Assembly (NCBI GenBank): GCA_965116645.1
Contig: OZ220702.1
Location: forward strand, 481,929 to 545,928
Length of the DNA: 64,000 bases
Origin: Longimicrobiales bacterium
GTDB lineage: Bacteria > Gemmatimonadota > Gemmatimonadetes > Longimicrobiales > Gaopeijiaceae
Direction of reading: 5' to 3'
Part shown: in pieces, positions 25,324 through 32,365 of the stretch
Layout: every line of letters starts with the position of its first letter
How positions within the stretch are numbered: the first letter of the stretch is position 1
Notes under the pieces: model-generated
The model's input: the letters and a program-made list of their open reading frames with translations, nothing else
Database searches by the model: none
What the model was told of the DNA's origin: nothing
Made by a program: the position numbers and the translations under genes

Positions 25324-25521
25324 ATGAAGTACCGCGTGGCGCTTGAGGAGTCTGACGAGGGCTATTGCGTCTGGGTCCCTGGTCTGCCGGGGTGCGTGTC
25401 GCAAGGGGATACGGAGGAGGAAGCTCTGGAGAACATCGCGGCCGCGCTCCGGGAATACCTGGAGGTGGCGGTGGAGAACGCTGCGGGCACCGTGCTTCGA
25501 GAAATCGAGGTCGCCGTATAG
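25324..25521 (+). CDS. hicB: HicB-family antitoxin (UPF0150), no adjacent HicA
   Basis: MKYRVALEESDEGYCVWVPGLPGCVSQGDTEEEALENIAAALREYLE is the canonical HicB/UPF0150 fold signature. Confidence 0.8.
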   Translation: MKYRVALEESDEGYCVWVPGLPGCVSQGDTEEEALENIAAALREYLEVAVENAAGTVLREIEVAV

Positions 25522-25547
25522 GCTGTGCCGAGGATAGCTGTGGTCCC

Positions 25548-25799
25548 ATGCGAGAAATCACTGCCAAGGAAGCCAAGAACCGGTTCGGCCAGCTCCTCCG
25601 GTCCGCCCAGCAGGGACCCGTGCGCGTCACCCGGAACGGGACGCCGGTGGGCGTGATGCTGTCGGTGGAGCAGTTCGAACGCCTGCGCGGAACCGCGTGG
25701 GACCGGTTGGCCGCGGCGATGGACGCCATGAGCCGGGAGGCAGCCGCCAAAGGCCTGACGCCTGCGGCGTTGGAGTCCCTGTTCACCGAAGAGAGCTGA
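25548..25799 (+). CDS. Phd/YefM-family antitoxin
   Basis: MREITAKEAKNRFGQLLRSAQQGPVRVTRNGTPVGVMLSVEQFERL is the Phd/YefM N-terminal signature. Confidence 0.8.
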   Translation: MREITAKEAKNRFGQLLRSAQQGPVRVTRNGTPVGVMLSVEQFERLRGTAWDRLAAAMDAMSREAAAKGLTPAALESLFTEES

Positions 25800-25800
25800 C

Positions 25801-25884
25801 AGGGTCGTACTTGGCACCAGCGTTCTGATCGACGCCTTGCCTCATCCAGAGGGAACCGCTCCGCTCAAACGGATCGCACAGTAA
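25801..25884 (+). pseudogene. remnant of a PIN (VapC-type) toxin gene
   Basis: The frame reads RVVLGTSVLIDALPHPEGTAPLKRIAQ*. This is the PIN N-terminal strand with the catalytic Asp replaced (LDTS to LGTS), no start codon, and a stop after 27 codons. Confidence 0.55.
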
Positions 25885-26010
25885 TGTAGGCTTTACCAAA
25901 TGTAAAGAGAAGGCGACATCATCAGAAGGCGACATCATCGAGCCTGGATCCTCTCTCTGGCACCCTTGAACGCAGACACGCTCTGCCTCGGGGGAATCCG
26001 CTCGGCCCGG

Positions 26011-26475
26011 TCACCCGGGGCCAGGATTGATCGCGGAGTCGATCCGCTTGGCTTTCCACTTGCGTGTCTGCCCAGGCTGAACCACCGCCTCGAATAGCGC
26101 TTCGATTCCCTCCTCGGGTTCATCCATCCGATCCATCGCCTTGGGAGGGTCGATTCGGACCCCGGTCGTGAGGATCTCGGAGACAGCCTTCCAGAAACGG
26201 TCCGTTGTCGGTTCCGCAGGCTCCGGCTCGTAGGGAACCTTCCGTGCCTTGGCCCAACGCCGGATCTGATCTCTCACAATGCGCATGAGCCTCCGGCTCG
26301 TGGGATCGACACCACGCACCTCTTCATCCTGTGCCAGCCACCGCCATCCGTACCACGGGTTGCTCGTCTGCCATGCGACGACACCCACGGGGACGGTGCG
26401 GTCGCTATGGTCGTCCAGACTGACCCGGATCACGCAATACCCTTGGCCAATCTGCCAATCCGATCGTGAGTACAT
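26011..26475 (-). CDS. hypothetical protein, DUF3037-like
   Basis: GYCVIRVSLDDHSDRTVPVGVVAW... resembles the DUF3037 N-terminus. Start taken at ATG 26475, because the upstream in-frame codons are the duplicated higB remnant. Confidence 0.4.
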   Translation of the reverse strand: MYSRSDWQIGQGYCVIRVSLDDHSDRTVPVGVVAWQTSNPWYGWRWLAQDEEVRGVDPTSRRLMRIVRDQIRRWAKARKVPYEPEPAEPTTDRFWKAVSEILTTGVRIDPPKAMDRMDEPEEGIEALFEAVVQPGQTRKWKAKRIDSAINPGPG

Positions 26476-26545
26476 GCTGCGAAAGGTGACGAGCCTCGCG
26501 GGACGACGCCATGGTGGGACGGAGCACGGACTTGGCACGCTGACG

Positions 26546-26653
26546 TAGTCCACGTCGACGCCGTCGCCGTCCACGTTGTGTGGCGAACGGTGCCTGAAAC
26601 GCAGAAGCCCCGAGGACGAAGACCGCCTCGGGGCTCCTACCTCAGCGTCTTGC
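26546..26653. repeat. 108-bp direct repeat, copy A (higB 3' remnant + hairpin + duplicated transporter 3' end)
   Basis: My manual alignment with 27904-28011 gives 9 mismatches in 108 positions. The right-hand ~50 bp differ at a single loop position. Confidence 0.85.
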
Positions 26654-26756
26654 TGCGCCCGAAGGCGTGTGCAGTAGAGGACGACCTGAGGAATTACACT
26701 TGAACTATCGTCCTTTCCTATCCGAAACGCAACTCTCAGTCTCTCGCGGAGCCGCT

Positions 26757-27470
26757 ATGCTGTCCATCGGAAGCCTTCGAAGCGCTCTTTCGGCGGAGCG
26801 GCTAGGCGCCTACGCCCTGCCCACCGACACCGACGAGGTCGACAGCGTGGCTAGGTACCTGTGGAATCTGGCGCTGTGCAGCGCTCTCCAACCGGCCCTT
26901 CACACCCTTGAGGTCACCGTCCGGAACCACCTCTTCAAGACCTCGAGAAGGATCGTAGATGAGACCACGCTGAGTTTCGACAAGGTTCCATGTTGGCTCG
27001 ATGCTCGACCCTCGCTCCTCGTTGATCGCGAGCGACAGAACGTCGAGCAGGCGAAAGCCACGCTCAAGATGCGGGGAAGTCCGATGACTGAGGGACGGCT
27101 GGTCTCGGTCTTGGGCTTTGGTTTCTGGGTGAGTCTGTGTAAGAGGCCATATGAGCAGGGCCGCACCAGCGGACCGCGCCTCTGGCCTGATATGGCGAGA
27201 AGGGGATTCCCGCATCTACCCAAGGCCAAGCGCACACGCAGCCAGCTATTCCACTCCTTGGATCGGCTCCGAGACCTCCGTAACCGCATTTCTCACCATG
27301 AGGCCGTGTGGGACCGGAAGCTCAACCGAAGCCATCAGGAGATCCTCGAGACCGTAGCCTGGATCAACCTGGACCTGGCGGCGACGCTGAGGGCACACTC
27401 GCCGCTGCCAGCGGTACTCTACAAGGGAGTGACCGGCTTCCGCGCTCAAGCCGAGGCCATTATCAAGTGA
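26757..27470 (+). CDS. Abi_2-family (AbiD/AbiF-like) abortive-infection protein
   Basis: LSAERLGAYAL...ARYLWNLALCSALQPALHTLEVTVRNHLF...LGFGFWVSL...LRDLRNRISHHEAVW is the Abi_2 (PF07751-type) pattern. ATG 26757 is preferred over the upstream GTG 26667. Confidence 0.75.
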   Translation: MLSIGSLRSALSAERLGAYALPTDTDEVDSVARYLWNLALCSALQPALHTLEVTVRNHLFKTSRRIVDETTLSFDKVPCWLDARPSLLVDRERQNVEQAKATLKMRGSPMTEGRLVSVLGFGFWVSLCKRPYEQGRTSGPRLWPDMARRGFPHLPKAKRTRSQLFHSLDRLRDLRNRISHHEAVWDRKLNRSHQEILETVAWINLDLAATLRAHSPLPAVLYKGVTGFRAQAEAIIK

Positions 27471-27584
27471 TGTCGGCGCTGAACACGTGAATCCATCGAA
27501 CGACGACGCCCTGGACATAGCCCTTGCCAAACTGCGGTCCGGCGGTCTCGCGATCCCTCACGCGAATCTTCGGCCGAACCCCCC

Positions 27585-27872
27585 TCACCCCCTCGCGAAC
27601 CGCTCAACTGCGATTCCCGCGGCCCGAGTGCGTGCCTGCCAGAGATCGTAAGCCATCTGCATCCCCAGCCACGTCTCGGGGGTCGAGCCGAAGGCCTTCG
27701 ACAGCCGGATCGCCATCTCCACCGAGACCCCCGCGCGCCCGTTCAGCAATTCCGAAAGCGCCTGACGCGCGACGCCCAATCCCTCGGCAGCCCGAGTCAC
27801 CGTAAGACCCAGCGGTTCCAGGCATTGCCGCCGAACGATGCCGCCCGGGTGCGGTGGATCGTGCATGGCCAT
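27585..27872 (-). CDS. higA: HigA-family (XRE HTH) antitoxin
   Basis: HPGGIVRRQCLEPLGLTVTRAAEGLGVARQALSELLNGRAGVSVEMAIRLSKAFGSTPETWLGMQMAYDLW is the canonical HigA/VapI sequence. AGGAGAG SD lies upstream. Confidence 0.85.
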   Translation of the reverse strand: MAMHDPPHPGGIVRRQCLEPLGLTVTRAAEGLGVARQALSELLNGRAGVSVEMAIRLSKAFGSTPETWLGMQMAYDLWQARTRAAGIAVERFARG

Positions 27873-27887
27873 GGCTGGTCCTCTCCT

Positions 27888-27959
27888 TCAGTGATAGTCC
27901 AGATAGTCCACGTCGACGGCATCGCCGTCCAGGTCGTGTGGGAAACGGTTCCTGAAACT
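27888..27959 (-). pseudogene. higB: 3' remnant of a HigB (killer protein) toxin gene
   Basis: The frame ends SFRNRFPHDLDGDAVDVDYLDYH*, the characteristic HigB C-terminus (..GDA.D....DYH), directly upstream of higA. Everything further upstream is replaced by the transporter terminator. Confidence 0.6.
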
Positions 27960-28011
27960 CAGAAGCCCCGAGGACGAAGAACGCCTCGGGGCTCCTACCT
28001 CAGCGTCTTGC
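27904..28011. repeat. 108-bp direct repeat, copy B
   Basis: Partner of 26546-26653. It contains the real stop and last codons of the symporter gene, the terminator hairpin and the higB remnant. Confidence 0.85.
27964..27993 (-). terminator. hairpin terminator of the glycan operon
   Basis: On the minus strand AGCCCCGAGG-N10-CCTCGGGGCT (10-bp GC-rich stem) starts 2 nt after the symporter stop and is followed by TCTGAGTTTC. Confidence 0.55.
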
Positions 28012-30265
28012 CCCGACCCCGCCGCCGCTCCAGCTCCGCCCTCACCTTGCCCGCGCTCTCCTCCGTGATCGGGTACCGGTACACGGCGTAGATCGCGATC
28101 CCCGACGCGATCAGCGGCACGAAGGCGTCGTAGAAGCGCAGCCAGAAGATCGTCCCTTCGGGCTGATTCGCGCCCAGGGAGGCGTCGAGTCCGGTCGAGT
28201 AGAGCAGGAAGCCGCCGAGCACGATCGCGCCGCTCTGGCCGAGTTTCACCATCCACCAGAACACCGATCCGAACATGCCTTCGCGCCGCTCACCGGTGGT
28301 TATCTCGTCCAGGTCCACCACATCGGCGATCATCGAGCCCATCAGGGTAAAGAGGCCGCCGAGCCCGAAGGCCAGGAACGGGGCCGGCAGCAGCGCCAGC
28401 AGGGGCTGGTCGGGCGTGTAACAGAACCACTTGAGCGCGTATCCGAGCATCGAGATGCCCGTCGACACGAAAAACGCGTTCTTCTTGCCGATTCTGGTGC
28501 CGAGCCAGGTGACGAGCGCGATCACCAGGAACCCCGTGACGGTGCCGAGCGTGCCGACCACGCCCGCGAGCGCCGCCCCCTCCGGGACGTTGCCGCCTGT
28601 GATGTAAAAGGCGAACACCCAGAACTGGAATTGGGAGATCATGATGAAGCTGTTGAACATCAGGAAGGTTGCGATGCAGAGCATCAGGAAGGGGCCGGTC
28701 CTGAGCGTCTGCCACAGGCCGCGCAGAAACTCCAGGGCGCTCTGCTCAATGCCGTGGGCTATCGTACGCTCATCCGTGCCTCGCGACCCGGAAGCCCCAC
28801 CTTCCGTACGCCCATCCGCACGTCGTCTCCCGGGGCCACGCCCGCCCGCGCGTTGATCCGCGCCGCCTGCCCGGGAGCCTCGGCGGTCCCGGCCCGCTTC
28901 GGCCGCGGCGCTTCCCCCGATCACGCGCTCCCGCAGAAAAATCGCCGGCAGCACGCCCAGCACGATCGTCGCCACGCAGATCGCGAGTGCGACGAAACGG
29001 GCGCCGTCCATCTGGTTCCGGAACCACACCGGGTTGGTCGCGATGACCAGGAACCAGGGCCCGATGACGAACACTGTGTTGGACACGAAGTTCTGCACGC
29101 CCATCAGGCGGGTGCGCTCGTTGTAGTCGGGGGTGAGTTCGTAGCCGAGCGCCACCCACGGCGTCGCGAAGATCGTGTAGGCCAGGAAGAACACCAGCGA
29201 CCCGATGAGGAAGTACCAGAAGTAGGCCCGCTGGCTCCAGCCCTCTCCCGTTTCGTCCGGAGTCCAGATGTCGATGTGGAGGTGCGTCATCGCACTGGCG
29301 TCGACCGGGTTGCTGCCGAAGTCGATTGTCGCGACGCGAAGGTTGGTGTAGTGCTTGACTTCGTCTCCGCCGGCCCGGGCATCGGCTACTTCGGCAACGT
29401 CCGGCCCGGCGGACCACGATCCGACCGGCACATCGTCGTAAGCGGCGCTGAAGAGGGAGATCACGTCCTCGGGCGGGACCCCGGGGGCCGGTGCTCCGGT
29501 GACAGGGACGGTGGCGCCCTCGATGTCCTGGGCGGGAGGCACCGCCGTCTGGAGACCGGCTGCGGCCGGGCCGACGCCCTCGACGCCCTGGTTGGGAGAT
29601 GCCGACGCCGGGAGTGCGCCCACCGCCGCGCCGCCCAGGCGGTAGAAATACACGTTGTCGACATAGACCTCGGTCAGGTCGCCCGAGATCACCATCTGCG
29701 CCAGGTGTTCGCGCGTGGCGAGCCCGTCGAAGTCGCTCAGCGGCACGTCCACGCTCACCCATGCGCCCGTCACCAGCGTGGGGGGCAGGACGGCGACCTC
29801 GTCCTCGACATCGTCGACCACCTCCACCGTGAAGATCTCCCTCAGCGCATCGCCTGCGGCCCGCAGCCAGCCCACGGGTTCGTCCGTCTCGCCGCTGTAG
29901 ACCCCGTCGGCGCCGTGGTCGACCAGCTTGAGCCGCAGCTGTGTCGGCGCCGGCATCTGCCACAGCAGCAGGAAGATGACCCCCGCCGAAATCGCGCCCG
30001 CGAAGAGGAACGGGCGCCGCCGCCCCCAGCGCGACTTCGTCTTGTCCGACACGAAGCCGACGAGCGGATCGGTGAGTGCGTCGAAGAAGCGCGGCAGGCC
30101 GCCGAGCAGGCCGACGGCCCGGAAGTCGACGCCGAGCGCCAGGGTCAGTACGGCCATCATGTTGCCGATGCCCTGGCCCAGCAGATTGTTCGTGAACCCG
30201 CCGATCCCGTAGATAATCTTGTGTGGGAACGATACCCGGTCTTCGGGAGCGGTCCGCTTGCTCAC
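27995..30265 (-). CDS. GPH-family (MelB/YicJ-like) glycoside:cation symporter with a ~240-aa CBM-like insertion in loop 3-4 and an Arg/Gly-rich central loop
   Basis: YGIGGFTNNLL, FDALTDPLVGFVSDKTKSRWGRRRPF (the GPH loop 2-3 motif), ALGYELTPDYNERTRL, and multiple hydrophobic helices. GTG start lies 4 nt after the GH16 stop. Confidence 0.85.
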   Translation of the reverse strand: MSKRTAPEDRVSFPHKIIYGIGGFTNNLLGQGIGNMMAVLTLALGVDFRAVGLLGGLPRFFDALTDPLVGFVSDKTKSRWGRRRPFLFAGAISAGVIFLLLWQMPAPTQLRLKLVDHGADGVYSGETDEPVGWLRAAGDALREIFTVEVVDDVEDEVAVLPPTLVTGAWVSVDVPLSDFDGLATREHLAQMVISGDLTEVYVDNVYFYRLGGAAVGALPASASPNQGVEGVGPAAAGLQTAVPPAQDIEGATVPVTGAPAPGVPPEDVISLFSAAYDDVPVGSWSAGPDVAEVADARAGGDEVKHYTNLRVATIDFGSNPVDASAMTHLHIDIWTPDETGEGWSQRAYFWYFLIGSLVFFLAYTIFATPWVALGYELTPDYNERTRLMGVQNFVSNTVFVIGPWFLVIATNPVWFRNQMDGARFVALAICVATIVLGVLPAIFLRERVIGGSAAAEAGRDRRGSRAGGADQRAGGRGPGRRRADGRTEGGASGSRGTDERTIAHGIEQSALEFLRGLWQTLRTGPFLMLCIATFLMFNSFIMISQFQFWVFAFYITGGNVPEGAALAGVVGTLGTVTGFLVIALVTWLGTRIGKKNAFFVSTGISMLGYALKWFCYTPDQPLLALLPAPFLAFGLGGLFTLMGSMIADVVDLDEITTGERREGMFGSVFWWMVKLGQSGAIVLGGFLLYSTGLDASLGANQPEGTIFWLRFYDAFVPLIASGIAIYAVYRYPITEESAGKVRAELERRRGRGKTLR
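29237..29950 (-). other. inserted domain: circularly permuted copy of the lipoprotein glycan-binding-like repeat
   Basis: aa ~106-343 read LRLKLVDHGADG...TGAWVSVDVPLSDFDGLATREHLAQMVISGDLTEVYVDNVYFYR, then a P/A/G linker, then EDVISLFSAAYDDVPVGSW...KHYTNLRVATIDFGSNPVDASAMTHLHIDIWTPDE. Confidence 0.8.
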
Positions 30266-30269
30266 CGGG

Positions 30270-31151
30270 TCACTCGGCGCGGTAGACGCGCACCCAGTCG
30301 ACGAGCATGGTCTGTGGGAAGGTCGTGGACGCGTTCGGTGGTCCGACGAAGGTGCCGCCCACGGCGACGTTCAGGAGCAGGAAGAAGGGGTGGTCAAAGA
30401 CCCACCGGCCGGGCGGATCGTCCCGGTCCACGGCGTGGTAGCGCTCTCCGTCCATGAACCAGACGATGCGCTCCTCCGTCCATTCGATCGCGAACTCGTG
30501 GAATCCGGTGTCGAAACGGGCACCGGTGAGCGCGTAGCGTGCGCCGATTCCGCCGCCACCGGAATACCTGGGCCCGTGAACGGTTCCGTGTACGATCGTC
30601 GGCTCCTGGCCGCGGTACTCCATGATGTCGATCTCTCCGCAATCCGGCCAACCCACGGTGCCGAAGTCGCTGCCGAGCATCCAGAAGGCGGGCCAGATGC
30701 CCTGCCCGCTGGGCAGCCGGATGCGCGCTTCGAAGCGGCCATACGCCTGCTCGAAAAGCCCCTCGGTCTTGATGCGACCCGACGTGTAGGCGCTCCCCTG
30801 GTAGGATTCGCGGCGAGCTGTGATCGCCAGGTTGCCGTTGCCGTCGAGTGACACGTTTTCGGGACGGTCGGTGTCGTACTCCAGCTGCCTGTTGCCCCAG
30901 TCGGTGCCGATGTCGAAGGTCCAGTTGGCGGGATTGGGAAGCTGTCCGGCCGGGCCGTCGAATTCGTCGCTCCAGACCAATGTCCAGTCGGGCTCGGGCT
31001 CGGCGCCGAAGCTGTCGCATGCCAGGGACAGGAGGATCAGCGGAAGCATCCCGGGGACGAGCTCTCGCGAGCACCGAGCCCTTCGAATGCCGCGGCGCCC
31101 CTGTCCACGGGCAGTCAGGGCGAGGATAAGCCGGCGGCACACGCCGGTCAT
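30270..31151 (-). CDS. GH16 endo-beta-1,3-glucanase (laminarinase), lipoprotein
   Basis: WSDEFDG, GRFEARIRLPSGQGIWPAFWMLG and the catalytic GEIDIMEYRG (E-x-D-x-x-E) motif. Lipobox LLSLAC. ATGA overlap with the ROK stop (alternative start at 31049). Confidence 0.9.
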   Translation of the reverse strand: MTGVCRRLILALTARGQGRRGIRRARCSRELVPGMLPLILLSLACDSFGAEPEPDWTLVWSDEFDGPAGQLPNPANWTFDIGTDWGNRQLEYDTDRPENVSLDGNGNLAITARRESYQGSAYTSGRIKTEGLFEQAYGRFEARIRLPSGQGIWPAFWMLGSDFGTVGWPDCGEIDIMEYRGQEPTIVHGTVHGPRYSGGGGIGARYALTGARFDTGFHEFAIEWTEERIVWFMDGERYHAVDRDDPPGRWVFDHPFFLLLNVAVGGTFVGPPNASTTFPQTMLVDWVRVYRAE

Positions 31152-32365
31152 GCCGCAATCACACCGGGAAACAGCCGGGGATTGGCCAGGGCAGCGACCA
31201 GGACGTGCGTGGCGGCGCCCAGAGCTACCGCGCGCTCGCCCAGGTCGCTGGTGCGGATGTCAGAAGCGGCTGCGGAGGCCACGAGCGTGCGGGTGGCGAC
31301 GGCTTCGCGCAGCGGGTTGACCAGCCGGTCGCCCGCCCGTGCCAGGCTCCCTCCAAGGATCACCGATCCGGGGTTCAGGAGGTTCAGCACCCCGGCGACC
31401 ACGATTCCCAGACGTACCGCGGCCTCGTTGACGACCTCCAGCGCGAGCGGGTCGTCGGCGAGGGCGGCGTCCTCGATCGCGCGGATTTCGGGCTCGGTTC
31501 CGGCCAGGGCGCTGTCGGGGAAGCGGCTCATGAGGCTCCTGGCCCGGTCGACGAGCTGGCGCGTGCCCACGAAGGTCGCCAGGCAGCCGCGGTTCCCGCA
31601 CACGCACTTGGGCCCGCTCGGATCGATCGCCACGTGACCGATTTCGCCCGCGACCCCCGTGGCCCCACGGTAGATCTCCCCGCCGATCATGATCCCCGCC
31701 CCCACCCCGGTGGCGACCTTCAGGTACACGAAATCGTCGATTCCCACCGCCTCCCCCCACCACCGCTCCGCCACCGCCCCCAGATTGGCGTCGTTGTCCA
31801 CGAAGACGGGTATCCCGAATACGCTGTTGAGACGGTCCAGCACGCCGTGCCCACGCCATGCGGGGAGAACCCGTTCCAGCACCCGGTCCGGCGACCCGGG
31901 ATCGACCGGGCTGGGCACGGCCACGCCGATTCCCATGAGCCGCGACCGGTCCCCGTTCCACTCGGCCAGACAAACCTCGCCCAGTCCGGTGATCAGCGCC
32001 TCGGCGCCCTTGGGATCACTGCGCACGGGGTGGGCGCGTTCCCGCCAGGCCAGCGTCCGCCCCCGCAGGTCCGTGAGGATCACCGAAATGTGCGTGGCTC
32101 CCACGTCCACCCCCAGGATCACGCCCGCATCGTCCTGGAACCCCACCAGAATGGGACGCCGGCCTCCACGGCTCTCGCCGGCGCCCACCTCCGCCACCAG
32201 CCCAGTGCCGAGGAGCCGCCCCACCACCTCCGAGATGGTGGAGCGGGACCTCCCGGTGTTGCGCGCGATCTCGGCGCGCGAAACCTCCCGTCGGCGCCAG
32301 ACGAGGTTGAGGACCGTCCTGGCCAAGTCGTCGTCCGGCGGCGCAACCGCCTCGCGCGGCATCAT
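31148..32365 (-). CDS. ROK-family transcriptional repressor (wHTH + sugar-kinase-like domain)
   Basis: wHTH VSRAEIARNTGRSRSTISEVVGRLLGTGLV. ROK core GVDVGATHISV, and the Zn motif GHVAIDPSGPKCVCGNRGCLA. ATG 32365 overlaps the upstream stop (ATGA). Confidence 0.9.
   Translation of the reverse strand: MMPREAVAPPDDDLARTVLNLVWRRREVSRAEIARNTGRSRSTISEVVGRLLGTGLVAEVGAGESRGGRRPILVGFQDDAGVILGVDVGATHISVILTDLRGRTLAWRERAHPVRSDPKGAEALITGLGEVCLAEWNGDRSRLMGIGVAVPSPVDPGSPDRVLERVLPAWRGHGVLDRLNSVFGIPVFVDNDANLGAVAERWWGEAVGIDDFVYLKVATGVGAGIMIGGEIYRGATGVAGEIGHVAIDPSGPKCVCGNRGCLATFVGTRQLVDRARSLMSRFPDSALAGTEPEIRAIEDAALADDPLALEVVNEAAVRLGIVVAGVLNLLNPGSVILGGSLARAGDRLVNPLREAVATRTLVASAAASDIRTSDLGERAVALGAATHVLVAALANPRLFPGVIAA

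Noticed and set aside
23165-25786. 873-aa ORF on the minus strand.
   Set aside because: It is a composite. Only its 3' ~1.3 kb (23165..24481) looks protein-like. The rest overlaps, in another frame, the peroxiredoxin-like gene (24523..25176), and it is antisense to the plus-strand hicB and phd genes.
25891-25940. AT-rich spot with the inverted repeat CTTTAC-CAAAT-GTAAAG and a 16-bp tandem duplication GAAGGCGACATCATC(A/G) x2 (25909-25940).
   Set aside because: It lies between the PIN remnant and the 3' end of the DUF3037-like gene. It is too short and isolated to interpret. It may be a recombination scar or a former operator, and I found no second copy in the window.
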